DNA from: Azolla caroliniana
Taxonomy: Eukaryota; Plantae; Polypodiophyta
Length of the DNA: 64,000 nt
Direction: 5' to 3'
Assembly: GCA_043228905.1 (NCBI GenBank)
Contig: JBHGNT010000014.1
Coordinates: forward strand, 11,346,001 to 11,410,000
This document shows, in pieces, positions 12,201-27,439 of the stretch (positions are counted from its first letter, which is position 1; each line of letters starts with the position of its first letter). Both the position numbers and the translations under genes were made by a program. The notes beneath the pieces are model-generated. The model did not search any database. It saw nothing but the letters and a program-made list of their open reading frames with translations, and was not told the origin of the DNA.

Positions 12201-15200
12201 CTTAAACTGTAGAGCTCACTAACTTTGAAATATGAAGGAACATTTATTTATGAGCTATTAGTAATTTACAACTTAATGTTTCTCCTTCATATATTCACAC
12301 ATGATATGCTACATGTGACATTATACAGACCACATGGAAAATAACATTATTTTATTCCTTCTCCGGAGTGCCACAGTTAATAAATGTATTATCATTTCCC
12401 TTTCAAGGTGTTACATATCCAAGATGAAGCTTCCTACAGGTTTCTTGATTCGTTGAAATATGTTGGGCTTATAGTTTTGTTGTAGTATCCATGCTTGACT
12501 GGTGATGCCATTAAATGTTCTTAAGTTGAGGCCTTTACATTAAATGTAATTCTGCTCATGTGAGATTGGGATTCTACCTAAGGTTTTAACTGTCACACAT
12601 TGGTTAACAGTGACATTTTGAGATCTTCTATGAATCTTCATCATTAGTTCACTTGAAAATACACAACTCAAGCTATGGATGCCCCAGTCTAGCTATGTAT
12701 CTTTAACTAAAAAACGTCAAACAGAAAGGAAAGCTCAAAAGTGCATCAGTCATAGGTAAATTATCCATATACTAGGTTAGTATTGAAGATTTGTCCACAT
12801 TGCACTGATGATAAGATCATTTTAAGGGACTCTCTAAATGGTAAATCCATATATGTTATCTAATTGTTCAAAAAACTCATATCCTGCAATAACTTCTTAT
12901 TATGTTATGATATAAAAATTATGGACACTAAAAAACTCATGAGCTACTTGCGGAGGTGAAAAAAAGCAAAATATCAATGCATGTAAATAAGCATAATGCA
13001 CATGGACCTCTTATTGGTTAAAATCTGCAGGTTAGAGATCAAATCCCACAAATTTAGACCGAATTAAGGAAATATGTCTCTGCAGCAATATTTTCCACCA
13101 CCTCTTCATCTGTCATGCTTTATTACTGATAATGCAACTTAATTAGAAGCTCAAAACTCTAGAAAATGTTCATTTTATCACATTTTCTCTTCTTTTACAT
13201 TTTATTCCTGTAAGATAACAAGGATCAACCAAAGGTTTTAGCCTTTTTGAGCTTAAGAGAAAACATATACTATTTCTTTGATAATAGGCATTGGTCAGAT
13301 TGTTTATGACCAATACGCTTATAAACTGTATCTTTTTATTGCATGATAAAATCTGCAATGATTTTTACATGTTATTAGTCATGTAAGCGAGTTTTCTGTA
13401 TCACTATTTATATAGGTTTGAAGCACACTTGGAGATGCATGTGGGTTCAGTAGATGAAGCAGAGAATGAGCAAGGCATAGCACACATGATTGAACATGTT
13501 ACATTTCTGGGAAGTAAAAAGCGTGAACAACTTCTTTCAAATGGTGCTCGATCCAATGCTTATACAGACTTTCATCATACAGTGTTTCATGTGCATGCTC
13601 CTGTGCTTGTTCCGGTAAATTTACACTTCATCTTATTTCTTCATTGTAAGATTTGACAGAAATGCCTTGTTTTTCTCATCCATTTGATACTATCCTTGTC
13701 TATAGGGAACTAATGAACCTATGCTACCACGAGTATTAGACACATTGCATGAGGTATGCTTTATGTTAAGGTTACAAAATAATATTCAAATCTAGGACAG
13801 GGACAACATGCAAATAGTTGGTTGTGGACCGTGAATTTATTAAGTTGTAGATATATTTTACTTTAGATTGCATTCATGCCCAAGATTGTGGAGTCAAGAG
13901 TTGAGAAGGAGAGGCGAGCTATTCTTTCAGAATTGCAAATGATGAACACTATTGAATACAGAGTTGACTGCCAGGTAAATATTTGTGTTAACATTTTATC
14001 ACTTATTATTCACAATGGTATTTTAATTTTGAATGCGTTTACATAAGTATACATTCTTTACCACTAATTGAAATTTGAAGCTAATCAGATGCTCTTTCAA
14101 ATCAGTGGATTATCATAATGCAGCAGGCCTGATTTAATACCTTGTTAAGAAAAACTAATCGGCCATGAATGGTCTAAAACTTAAGGCACTATTCTTTGTG
14201 TGGATACCGAGTAGAGTTAGTGTGATTGGTTATCCACTTATTTTGTGGGCATGATTCCTAAATTTCTAGAAGATTCCTAGTTGAGAATTCGTTATCCTGG
14301 AGAATACGATTGTTATGAACTTCGTAGAAATTTTCCATTTCCTTACTATCTTTGAAGAATTTTGCGTCATTATTTTTTAATCACGAGCATTCAGAATGAA
14401 GTCAAAATTTTTTTGCGGAAATTGGATAGTTTGGAATTTTATGCAAACGTTTTGGCAAGATAAGTTTACATGACGGGATTTTGCTTTTTTTTAAGTGAAA
14501 AATTGATATATTCGCTGTTAATGATATCATCAATGGAAAGCATCTAAATCATTTTTTATCACCTTGAAGAAACTTACCATGTAGCTGATTCCAAATGTAA
14601 CGTGAGGATTCCGTTCTCTTTTACTTGTATCCTGTGGTATCTTCTGTTGTGGGCAGATTTGTTGTACAGCATAAAGTTGCATCTATTTATTTCAATGTTT
14701 AATGAAGAGACTTGGGTCTAATGTTTTTGCATGAGGAATGTCTTAGTTTGCTTGTTGAGTACACTTCCTTTTGTGACGAATAAATTCTATAAAGTACTTT
14801 ACATATGATTTCATTTTTTATTGAACAATTCAAATAGATGATTCTATAATGCTTAAATATATGATTACAATTATATAATTTTGCTCTGGAAATGTCTCTT
14901 TTTATTTATATTTGCTATCAACTATAAGTGGTATATCAATAAAGAAGCTAGAATTTCTTTTCAATGTGAAATGTGTGAATGTGACTTCTGATTATTTGTG
15001 CTCTTAATATTCACAGCTTTTGCAGCAACTCCATTCAGAAAATTTATTGGGCTACAGATTCCCTATTGGTCTGGAGGACCAGATAAAGAAATGGGACGTG
15101 GACATGATTAAGGCATTTCATGAACGCTGGTACTTCCCTGCAAATGCCACTCTATATATTGTGGGAGATATCGATAGTGTCGACAAGGCAATTGAGCAAA

Positions 15201-18200
15201 TTGAAGTATGTTTGTAATCCACTTGTCTAGGATCAAATTTGCATACTACTTCGTTTTTGGACCCACCAAGCTTGTTAAATCAAGTTTCTTAGTTTTTTAT
15301 TTACCACATTTAAATAAATTTTTTGTTGCTATATATACAGAATTTAGTTCTCTTATTGCCTTTTTTTGCTTTGTGTTTCAAATATCTAATGAAGAAACAT
15401 ACTCTGCTCTAGTATATATTTCTGATGGTAGTCTCTGATTTTGTAATTTTGATAACACATTAATGTGAGATAATCATGTTTTAGTAAGTTGAGCTTAAAG
15501 ATTCATGCTGTATCAGGGTGAAAACATAGACGATTATAATTTTCTGCAGGCAGTCTTTGGCCGAGTCCCTGCTGGATATTATCCTCCTGTTGAGAAGTCT
15601 CCTGCAACGGGGCCCGCTGCTCATCTCCAAATGCCAAAGTTCCAGAGCTTTTTGATTGGGGCGGGTATTGTTGATCCACCAGCCATGGCTCCAGTGCCAC
15701 CTCTAGTAAAAAAGGAAAGGCATGCAGTTCGACCTCCTGTAAAGCATGAATGGTCATCACCACAGCCTGTAACTGCTGTAAAACCATATATATTTCAGCA
15801 TGAGCTGCTACAAAATTTCTCTTTAAGTTTGTTTTGCAAGGTAAGTACTGCAATGCTGCAATGAGAGGGAGGGAGGGAAATGAAATACCACAGTAAGGTT
15901 CACTTAAATGACCCGTGAGACCAAAATTAGAACCATAATCTGAATGAAATAAAGGGTAAAGAAAAAAGAGCTACAAATCCAAAAGCTGGAGACACATTCA
16001 AGTACCAGTTGTAGGGGTTTGGGACAGAGGGTTACGATATGACTGGGAGAGAGGTGTACACTCTTGTATGTCTCTGTCTTATAATATTGATATCAACTTT
16101 TGTCCAAAGAGGAACGGTCACTCATTTTCCAGGAAAGATAATCTTGGGTTTTGGGGGCAGAAGTAGATAATGGGAATGGACACCAAAATGCAAAAATGAT
16201 AAAAACATTGGCATTATATAATCCTTATGGGAGCAGCCTATAGCCACGGTCATAGGCATGAAGCTGCATTGCATAGGCATGGCATGGAGTATGCAATACA
16301 TAGGTTGTGAAGTGGGGCATATTTTATGTATCTTTTTCTTTCTAGATTTGCTCATTTTCAGAGTTAGTCCAGTACCTTATGGAGCATATTTTCTAAATTA
16401 GAAATATTATTAGATAAACAAAATTACAATAAATGTATTTAGCTCTTAATATACCTCCTTACTATTTGGAGCAGCAACCTGTACAAAGAGTTGTTACATA
16501 TTCTGATTTGCGGGATGTGCTTATGAGGAGGATTGTATTGTCAGCATTGCAGTTTCGGATCAACAATCGCTACAAAGTATGTTTCACTGAGCTTACTTTC
16601 TTATTGGCTATTCCCAATGCCATTTCTATTTAATTGAAGTCTCTTTTCGGGGTTTTCCAGTTCTGACAGTTGCCTTCATCTTTAACTAAGTGTGTTTTCT
16701 CTCAAATAGACTATTTTTGGAAATTGTATTAATGGGATGCAAGTGTTTCAACAACCTATTGCAAAGACATTTTGTAATGGCAATGGATGCTCAGGAGCTA
16801 TTGTATTTCATGGTCTATGTACACCATTTGTTTCACATGTAACTGGTTTTTCATGGTCTATGTACACCATTTTTTCATAGTTTTTGCACGGTTTTTGGGA
16901 TGCTAGTGTTTCGACAACCTATAGCAAATATATTTTGTAATGGCAATGGATGCTCAGGAACTTTTGTATTTTCTCTCCAATAATACTTACAGATATTTCC
17001 TTTTTAAAATGAAAATGTTCTGATCCCTGGTTTTATTGGTATTTTTGGCTCGCTTTAACTTTTTCTTTGAGATTTATCAATGCATTTTCTGTGTCCTCAT
17101 TTAAGAATATCTTCTGGCCTCTCAACTGAAGTGTATTCTAATATTTCTATTGCTGTTTCTACTTCATCTCTACTATATTATTTTTCTGCTGCCACTGCTA
17201 CTGATACCCAAGCTGTTCAGTCCCTTATGTTTCTTTTTCTCCAATATTCCAGTATATTCTTGATCAAAGAATGATCTTCTTAACCCCATATCATGTGCTC
17301 ATCTCTCAGAGAATAACTCAATTGTTTTAGGCATGATATTTGTAACTTAAAAAAAACATGCTTATGTCATAAACCACATGATAACCACAGATACAGATAA
17401 GTTGAACTGTTTGAGTAATATACTGTGGTTGGTATGTCTATTTCATGTCACATCTTTAGTGTTCACTGTGTGGATCTGTAAAACACTTCAATTCAGTAGG
17501 CCAACATGTAATGAAGCTTTCCTTACACTGAGGAAATGGTGGTGACAGAGTGCAAATCCTCCGTTTATAGGGATTGAGCTTGATCACAGCGATTCTGGTA
17601 GGGAGGGATGTTCTGTAAGTACACTCACTATAACTGCACAAGCAAAGGACTGGAAGGGAGCCGTAAATGTATCTGTTCAGGAGGTGACTACTGATAACTA
17701 ATTTTTCTGTTGTCAGTTTGTATGTTTAAGCAAGATCCTTCATTTATTTTATTTTATTTAGTGCAGGTTCGGCGTTTGAAAGAGTTTGGTGTTACAAATG
17801 GTGAGCTGACTAGGTATTTGGCAGCTTTATTGAAAGACAGTGAACATCTTGCAGCCATGGTTGATAGTGTTGCCTCAGTTGATAATTTGGAATTCATAAT
17901 GGAAAGTGACGCTCTTGGTCACACAGTTATGAATCAACTTCAGGGGCATGAAAGTTTGTTGGCTGTGGCACAAACAGTCACTTTGGAAGATGTAAGTCTA
18001 TCTGATGTAGTGCTGCTTCCATTAGGAAGTGTTGATGGATTCAACATTATATTTACAATTTGTTGCAAGGTATGAGCTCAGTAGAAATAAAGAAAGGAAT
18101 TTGCCGAAAATAGCCTATGATACTGAATAGAAGATTACATCTTAAATTGTTATGTATCTTTGACCAAAATAAATTTAAAGTACCAGAGAAACTTAAAATA

Positions 18201-21200
18201 GGAAAACTGTATAAGGTACCAGAGAAATTTATTAGCTATGCACTTACAGATTTTAAGCCTAGATGGACTGAAATTTCTGCCTTACAAAGATCTCCAACAT
18301 GGGATACTAATCCTGGATATCGAGATGCATAAGGGTATGGGACAACGTGAGTGCTCAGGGATGCATGATGTTGTTCCAGATCTTCTGATGCAATCGCCAC
18401 CTCTAATGTGAAGAGCTGTGCATCTGAGAGAGGGAGGAAGAGAATTGTAGAGCGATTGTGTGACCTTTATAACTATTGTATATTTTTCGTTTTGTAATAC
18501 AATACTCATTGCAATAAAAGAGTTTCTTGCAGGTAAATGCCATAGGTGCATCTCTTCTTGAATATATTGGTGATTTTGGCAAACCGTATGCTTCATCACC
18601 AGCTGCTATAGTAGCATGTATTCCAAAAACTATTCATCAAGATACAGGTGGAGTCATAGAGTTCTCTTTGACTGGTGATGAGATTATAGGTGTGCTAACT
18701 GAAAGTCTAGATGGACCCTTATCTCCAGAAGCAGAGGTTCAGTACCTCCTCAAAATTATATTTTAATTAATCCAGATATCCAATTTTATTGTCAATAACT
18801 TGGTTTGGTAACTTGGTTGTGTAGTTGGAAGTTCCGAAGGAGTTGATTTCTGAGTCCACAGTTGAGAAGCTCAAGTCACTGCGCAAACCTTATTTTGTTG
18901 GTGTTACAGAAAGTAATAAAAATGTTAAAGAATATGATGAGGCCACAGGGATCACCCAACGTAGACTTTCAAATGGCATTCGTGTCAATTACAAGGTACT
19001 TCTTATTTGAGGATAGGATTTTTGCATAGCTGTTCAATCATGGCTATGTATTCATATTGATCAGCTTTTTATCTTGTCCAGTGAATGATACACTTGAGAA
19101 TTAGAAGTATGGTCAGATTTCAGATTAATGAAGCATCGCAACACTAAGAAATATATTGAATTTTCTGGTTCATGACTGGAAGGAATGGAAACTGAAGTTG
19201 TTCACAAGCATGTAGCCACTGTAGTATTATTTTATGGTAACTGGGAGACAAAGTAACAGAACTTACCATATTGTATGACCATGCTGTTATGGTATTCCAT
19301 GATGGTTATCTGTGTATATATAATGACTGTAGCTGTCAGTGATTGAACATTGGATCTGAAAGAAATATGACAAACAGGATAGCTGTTGATTGTTGGTATC
19401 AATTGTTATTTTGCAGAAATCTGTGAATGAAGCAAAAGGAGGTGTCATGAGGCTTGTAGTACCTGGTGGAAGAGCACGGGAAACTGTTGAAGCTAGTGGG
19501 GCAGTTGCTGTTGGCATGCGCACTCTTAGTGAAGGTGGCACTGTCGGTACATTTGAACGGGAGCAGGCATATATCTGATTACTGAGAGTGTCCACTTATA
19601 GGAACTGAAAACCTTTGATCTAACACTCTTATTATTAATATAGGTGGAGGTGTTTTGTGTAAGTCGTTTAATCAATTGCATGCTTGAGGCTGATGAAGAG
19701 TTCATTTGTATGGATTTCCATTTCACATTACGCGATGATGGTATGCGTGCTACTTTCCAATTACTGCATATGATTCTGGAGGTGTGTATTTATCACTTTC
19801 TTGTATATGCATGGTCACATAATACTCTAGTAGGTCTTCAACTCTCGTTATGTTACAGAACAATGTTTGGTTGGAGAATGCATGTGATCGTGCAAAGCAG
19901 TTATATTTAACGTACTATCGAGCAATGCCAAAAAGTCTGGAGCGTGCCACAGCGAATTGCATCATGCGTACAATGCTGGGTGGAGAAGAGCGTTTTGTTG
20001 AGCCCTCACCCCATGCACTTCAAACTCTTTCTCTTTCAGTTGTTAAGGATGCTGTTTTGCAACAGCTTGTCACTGAAAACATGGAGGTATATCTGCAAAT
20101 GTCCCATGAATGAGTAACACATTTGGGAATGTGTAAAAACATGGAAGATTTGTAGCATCATGACCAGTGCAAAATCTTTGCAGGTCAGTATTGTGGGGGA
20201 TTTTACAGATGAGGAGGTGGAAGATTGCATAATTGACTACCTAGGAACAATTTCACCGACAAAAGCTAACATAGAACTAGAATTAAAAGAGCGTCCATTA
20301 GCAATTCAGCCACCTGCAAAACCTGAATTGCGGCATCAGAAGGTAAAATCTCTTTCTAAGCTAAGAATTTAGCTGCATATAACTGAAATCAGCAAATCAA
20401 TGAGTCTTTTGGCAAAATAATTGTTTTATAGGTATTCATTAAAGACACAGATGAAAGAGCTTGTGCATACATAGCTGGTGCAGCTCCTAACAGATGGGGC
20501 TTGACAGCTGATGGACAAGATTTAGGCTGTTGGATTGAGCATACAAACTGCACTACAGGTAAGCCATTTATTTAGTGTCTACTGTTCTTATATTTTCTTG
20601 TGATGGAATAGAACTCTTCTCTATGTAGATGAATGCTAATTTTCAGTAGGCGTGGTCCGTACGTTCTATTATTACTTTGAGCTGAATACACTCATATCTG
20701 GTGGCATTGTGATTCAAATAGAGGTAGCAATGCAACTTATAATGTATTCATAATGATCACTGTTAGTTCAGAGTCGAATGTGAACTCTGTTTCTCACCCA
20801 ATGTCAATGTCAAAAGCAAGGGAAACCTCTCAATGCAGCACATCTGAAAAGACTGATTCAAGTAAAACCTAGGGCAAGGGAGGATGAGTTGCTGAATCTT
20901 TTTTCATCTATAGGTAGGGCATACAACTGTTTAAAAATCTTCATTAACGATTCCTTTTGTATCTCTTCAACGATTCAGAAGAACAGGCATTGGCATTGGC
21001 ATCAGATGGTGACGAAGTAGTCATGGATGGTAATGGTGTCTTCAGTTTACGGCATAAACACCATCCTTTATATAGTTGTGTGGCTTTGACACTCCTGGCA
21101 GAAATAATCAATGCTAGGTAAATTTTTGGTTTGTTCATATGACAAGAGGAGACTGCTGTGCATGTCTAATTTATAGCTCTGTACATTTCAGGTTGTTTAC

Positions 21201-22668
21201 GACAGTACGGGATACTCTAGGGCTAACTTATGATGTTTCATTTGAAATGAGCCTATTCGACCGACTCAAAGGGGGTTGGTTTGTTATATCAGTTACATCT
21301 ACTCCAGAGAAGGTACCATTCCCCATTTAATGTTTGGTTTAAGATTTATTATCATGTTTGTTTAAATCTACCTCAGAAGGTATGAATTGTAGATTTAATA
21401 TCATCCTTTGGATTCATGTGATATTTAGGTGACCAAGGCTGTAGATGCATCTCTTAAAGTTTTGCGGGACTTGCGTGATATTCCAATTACTCAACGGGAC
21501 CTTGATAGGGTATGTATAACTAGGTTCCTAGCACAGGATGTGTAATGATGGTGTCAATTGTGAATGTTGTTTTATGCTGTGAACTCGTGCAGGCTAGACG
21601 CACACTCATGATGCGTCATGAATCTGATTCAAAAGATAACATATATTGGTTGGGTTTGATAACGCATTTGCAGTCAACGAAGGTGTTTAGAAAGGTATCT
21701 TTCTTCCACTAATTCTATCTACAGAAGATACTCAAACTTTCTGATTATTATTTCTATTTCCGGTTATAAGCAGCAGATTTAAGTATCCCAAATGTACAAT
21801 AATAGTTTTAAAATGGTAGGGAATGCAGCAGATTCAACTATCCAAAATGCACAATAATAGTTTTAAAATGATAGGCTATGCCAGTGAATGCAGAAGGATA
21901 GTTTATGAGACAGTGAAATAGAGTATGCATAATAGCACCGATTAGAGTTGTCTATAGAAGTTTCATGGATATTCAGAGTGACTCCAGAACATGGGTCATG
22001 GATGCGATGGAACCTGGTTCCTTTTTGTAGCAGTTATTGAGGCCATTGGCTTTGTTGATTGAAGATCTTCTTTAAGCACTTGCCACTCACCAAATATTTT
22101 GTTCTGATTGTACTTTGAAATGTTATTTTACATGGAACCAATGGGTTGGTTCTGATACTAACCATAACCATTATGGTGAGGACAATAAGATGAGGAATAT
22201 TTAAGTTTACATTTACAATGCTCATTGGTAATTATTAGTAATTGACCAGCTGTGGAGAACTGAAGATGACCCAATCTAATCTAGTATCTGCAAACATCAC
22301 ACTTCCAGAAGTTAAGAGTCTTTTTCTTTTATATAACAGGATATCAGCTGCGTTAGAGATCTGCTCCAGCTTTATCAAGCTGCCACTATTGAAGATGTAT
22401 ACAATGCGTATAATCTTCTTAAAGTAGATGATGAGTCCCTTTTCACATGTATTGGAGTTGCTGGAAGTCAGGTAGCGAAGGAGACGCTGGTTATAGAAGG
22501 ACAAAATGGTTAGTTTATTTTCACATATATGTTTGTAACATGCATCTAGTGTGTTGAATCTTATGTAGTGATGTTGACATTTCTACAGGTGATGGTGAAG
22601 GTATCGGTATGTCAGGATCCCTTACACATGGAAGGGGCATGTCAACAATGACTAGGCCAACTATGTGA
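9293..22668 (+). CDS. SPP: Chloroplast stromal processing peptidase (M16 metallopeptidase), about 24 exons
   Basis: Ser-rich transit-peptide-like start MAKLASFCG...; LPSHPKIHRGQLKNGLRF; inverted zinc motif HMIEH (EQGIAHMIEHVTFLGSKKRE); GARSNAYTDFHHTVFH; ELDHSDSGREGC; LFTTVRDTLGLTYDVSFE; C-terminus GRGMSTMTRPTM-stop (TGA 22666-22668). Exons have GT-AG boundaries plus one GC-AG intron. Confidence 0.95.
16733..16975. repeat. Intronic imperfect duplication (~80 bp units) with a short internal tandem repeat
   Basis: TGGGATGC...GGCAATGGATGCTCAGGA at ~16733 and ~16896; TTCATGGTCTATGTACACCATTT occurs twice between them. Confidence 0.75.
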
Positions 22669-23279
22669 TTGTTGAATGTTCTGAAAGGTTGTGTACTGGA
22701 GGGCATGGTAAAGCTCAGAATAAGACACATTTGTCACTTCATTTAATATGATTGGGCTCTCGAAAATATTTTGATTTGCTCAACACCTTCATTAGAGTGT
22801 AATATAAATCATTATGATATAATATTCACATAATTCATTTACATCAGTATAGTTAAAAATGGAAACCACTGACCTTACAATCCATCCAAGGGGTAATCTT
22901 TGCTCACTCTCTTAGTTAATATATCCAGAAGATAATTCATGAAATTCTTTTTTCTTTTTGATTAATTTGTTCAAACTGGTTGAAAGGAGTTTTAATGGCT
23001 ATCAAATTCTAAATTCTGTAATGAGCAAAACTTGACTTCAATGTTATCGAACTTGTATATACAAAGGAAGTTGATTAAGTCTTGATATTCAACTTGAATT
23101 TATTGTGGAATAGTATCAAGTTTAATTAAATTGAATTTCAGTTTGTAGTATGACTTTATCATATTAAATTCTAGCAAACTTTTTGAAATGATAAAGAAAT
23201 GGTGAAAAGAGTTTCTTTTCTTCAGATGTGTTTTGATATCAAAGGTGAATTTACAAATGAAGAGATGCTAGAAATGTAC

Positions 23280-25390
23280 AAAGCCTATATATGCATGACA
23301 GAGTGACGCCTATGCATGAGAACATTGAAACACGTTGTAATACATGCATTGATCTTGACGAAAGAAGATGATGAACGGGAAAGTAGCTGATGTAACTCTT
23401 ATTACAAGTGAGCTTATGAAATGGATAATGTTAAGTACTCGAGTTGGCTCATGATTATCATAGATCAAGCTATTAAACAAGGTTTGTCTAATAATTGACT
23501 CGAGAATTGGATTAAGCCAAAATTTAAAGCAAAGAACAAAAATTTAGTATCAAATTATCATACAATTATGACGAGCTCAATTGTTGTTGGAGCAAAAGGT
23601 AATTGTATGGGTTAAAACTCAAAACAAAGAGCACTTGGGCAAGTAGGTTTTAGATCAAACATTTGGTTATATTAAGAGCAATTATGGAAATTTGCTCTAA
23701 TGTTGCTTTGTTGATTTTAAGAAAGCATTTGATACAATACTATGAAGTGAGCTTTGGAATAGAGTGGAAATTGGCATGCAATTAAGAGTATCAAGTTGTT
23801 ATGAGCAAGTTTAATGCCAACTAAATTGAGAATGGTTTCTCATAATACTTTTTAAGTAACATGGGGGTTCAACAAGGATGTTTATTATCACTTACACCCT
23901 TTGGTTACAAATAAATGCATGTTACAAATAAATGGAACGTATGCTTGAGTCTAGACTTCAAAGCTGGTTGGAAAAGTTATTATACAACCAGAGTGATACT
24001 CAAAGTGTGGGGAGGAACTATCTCTCTACATGCATGGAATAAGATTGAGAAGATTGAGAAGATTGAGAAGATGTTTATAAGGAGACCATTGAGAGTTAAA
24101 TTCATCTCCTCCTATTAAGTTATGCTTTTGGAAACAGGTATTCGACCTATAAAGCTATTGGCGCTATAGATAACAATCAACAACAACTCAGTTTGAATCG
24201 GCTTGAACCGCGAAACTACAGCTTAATGGTTTAAATGCTTTTGTTCGGTTAGGTTTAGGTTCAAGTTTTCTTTAACGGTTTGGTTTGGGTGGTGAACAAT
24301 TTGGTTTAGTTCAGTTTTAACCGTTTAAAATTGCGGCTTAAACGGTTTGATGTTTTTTAAATATATTTTTAAACAAGCTTTTTATTTTTAAGCCTAATTC
24401 TAACATTTTAGGAAAAATCTTTAAAATTTTAAATAATGAAAATATTTAAAAAATAAAAAATAAAATAAAAAATTGAAATTTGACCCAAGTTGCAAACTAA
24501 AACCGAACCACGAAACCGTGGTTTTAACGGTTTAATGGTTTGTATTTTATTTCTCATGGATCGGTTTAAATGGTTTCTGTTAAAACGGTTTCATGGTTAT
24601 GTTAAGTTTGATCGAAGTTTCAAAATTTTTAAGTAGTTCGATTTTAAGAGTATATAGATATATTAAAAAAAGACAAGAATATGCCAAATAGTAGATTACC
24701 ACATCTTGGTTGCAAAGTTGGACGTAAACTACAAAAGAATCACAAGAGCAAAATTCTCTCATTTGGTTGGGTAACAAACATCAAAAACTAGTTTAAAAGA
24801 TGGAATGTTATGAAATATGTAGTTATCGAGGAAAGATTAATGGAGCCACTAAGGAAGAATCGTGAATATGCTAAAAGGACAAAATTAGAATATTATGTTG
24901 CAAACATCAATCTTAAATATTGGGTTCTATATAATGCAAAAAGTCCTATTGATCGTATTCAACTTTACCTCATTACTAACATGAGTTTAACTCTAGTAGA
25001 GCCTTAACACTCCTTCACACTTGATCACACAACCTAGGTATTGATGTTACAATATGGAATCAAAATCAACCAAATATAAAGACATGTAAAGTATGCAAGG
25101 GCTAGTACAAAATAATATCACTTCATTTTTACATGCTCTGCATATAGTACAATTTGTGAAAGCTATGACGATATATTAAGAGGGGGTGATGACTTAAGTA
25201 TCACACTAAATAGAACACTTCGAAGGTTGAGCGCATATGTGTAGGCCTTATTCGCACATTGAGACTTGGTGCTTCGAAGTATGAGTATCCCTTCTTAGAA
25301 AGGACACACACATCAAGCGAATTTTCGTACTTAGGTTCCATGGGTCGATGTTGGCCTCTCTATAGACGCTTAAAAAAATATCTATATAGA
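23280..25390 (+). mobile_element. Degenerate non-LTR retrotransposon (LINE), RT to 3' end, interrupted by a small insertion
   Basis: Remnant RT motifs (F..DF-KAFD at ~23710, GVQQGCLLS at ~23863). The C-terminal part matches the LINE at 40540-41286 (KYVVIEERL...KRTKLEYY...DRIQ.YLITNMS), and the 3' UTR is shared. Confidence 0.75.
24170..24646. mobile_element. AACCG/CGGTT-rich non-autonomous insertion splitting the LINE
   Basis: LINE sequence CTATTGGCGCTATAG resumes as AGAGTATATAGA after the insert. The insert has dense AAACCG/CGGTTT motifs. No clear TSD found. Confidence 0.55.
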
Positions 25391-26428
25391 GGGTTTTAAT
25401 AAAAAAACATTGTTGTAAGCATGAGGTGAACTTTGACATCAAGCCTTGGGTAAGGATGAAGGGCTATTAAAGCCTTGAGAATGTCTTGACCAAGTAGATC
25501 TTTTCAACTCACTTTACTTCCACTACACTGTTGATGTGTTACTAGTAGCATTTCAACACACCACTTTGAATTTCAGATTCCATTTAGTACTCATAACTTT
25601 CTAAACATAGTCTCCACTTTTGTCTCCTTGAACCTTAATGTGTATGTGTGTTACTTTTTCCTACCCACAACTCATTTCAAAAACCAAAGGTTAAGGGGTT
25701 CAAATGGCTTTTTTCTTGATAAGTTGATTGGTATGAAGATGTTGCGGGTCTCTTTACATTTTTTATCTCCAATTTTGGGCTATTTGTCTACTTCCACGAG
25801 GACTATTGTATTATACCTAGCTTATTATGAAGATGTTGCAGGTTGCTTTAACTTCAACTCCAAACAAACATAGAAAAATATTGTTGTGTTTAGTTCTCGT
25901 AAAGGCAACTCTCTATGGTACTTCTCATAACTTTTCGAAGTAACATAAAAGCACGTAAGTTTTAACCATAAAAATGGTTGGTATATTGCCCATTTAGAAG
26001 CATGTGGGGAATTCAGCTATTCGATAATAACATGCATATACTCCTTTGCCTTCGTAGATGCATTCAATAATCTCTCATACCAATACACCATGATTTTTAT
26101 AATAGTGTGGTGTACCTTTGTGCCACCTTTTTAGCAAGTGCAAGCCTTCATGTTATGGTGTACCTTTGTGCCTTGGTGCCACCTTTTTAGCATGCATGTA
26201 TGTGTGCATTAGTTGCTAGCCAACCCAACCCAAATGGGTATCTCGGTATCAACTATAAACTAAGCAGGAAGGAGCAAGACAAACTTGCTTGGATCCTCTC
26301 TATGTGCATTTCACAATAGCATGCAAGTACACTTTTGTCTTCATAGACATATTCAATAATTTCTCATACTTATATGCCATGAATATGTGAAAATAGTAAT
26401 GTTATTGGTTGACTATGAAATAGGGTGA

Positions 26429-26451
26429 CCCTAAACCCTAAACCCTAAACC
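26429..26451. repeat. Short interstitial plant-type telomeric repeat (CCCTAAA)3
   Basis: CCCTAAACCCTAAACCCTAAACC. Confidence 0.7.
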
Positions 26452-27439
26452 AGCTTAGTTTTGGGTACAACATGAGTTGGTTGAATTTGGGTACAACATC
26501 AGATGATTTTTTAATATATTAATTATGCTTCAAGAATGCTGGAGTGACTTTACAACTGATATGAAGGAAACTAATGAAAGAATACAGAAAAAAAGGAAAG
26601 TAAATGATGTGGATCATGCTTTGATTTTTGTCTTAGTTTGATGGATCCATTTTATTGCATAATGGTTTGTTTCCTTTCATTTCATATATTTTGATTGATT
26701 CCCCCTTACTCTAAATGTGGGGAAAATTGTGTGGTTAAATGTTGATGTAGAGAAAGATGGAATAATTGTGTGCAAGGATGCAGTTGGGATGATAAATATC
26801 ATATCTTAAGCAGGATAAAGTGGGAATGATAAATATTATATGTTAAGTATCCAGAACCCTTTTTGAGGAAGGATATATATCATACTTTGTATCAAAAAAT
26901 TGTAATCATAATTTTGGAATAATTGTTGATCTATGTAGAGGCTATAAATGTTTATCATGTGGGATCTCATTTACTATGATATTGTGAGAAATAACGAATC
27001 ACTCATCTTGATGAGATCTCATTTAGTAAGATACCTTGGCCTATTCTAACATCAACTAAAGATTTGCCACCATCATATGTGAAACCTATGGTGTTTTGTT
27101 ATATCTACAGAAACAAAAGACAAAATCATAGGAGTAAACTCATGAACTTTGTGAACCCTATATGATACTTTGTAAATATTGCTATGCATCATTGATCTTT
27201 TGTTACATTGCAAAGTTGGTATTTGTTCCTCTCCACAACACATTGTTTGCTCAATAATAATACATTGAAGCGTCACGTTTTAATGTAAATTTTGGTTCCA
27301 ATAGTTTCTTACTTATTAATGTATGTGTAGTACCATCAAACATTAGTTGTTGTACCATAACTTCAATTTATTTTTTTTCCAAAAAAATACTGCTTCGCAT
27401 TAGTTAGCAAACAAAATTACATCATAGAACTCTCAAAAT

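Noticed and set aside
21694-22339. Possible U12-type intron in SPP (donor GTATCTTT)
   Set aside because: The donor deviates from GTATCCTT and no TCCTTAAC-like branch point is visible near the acceptor.
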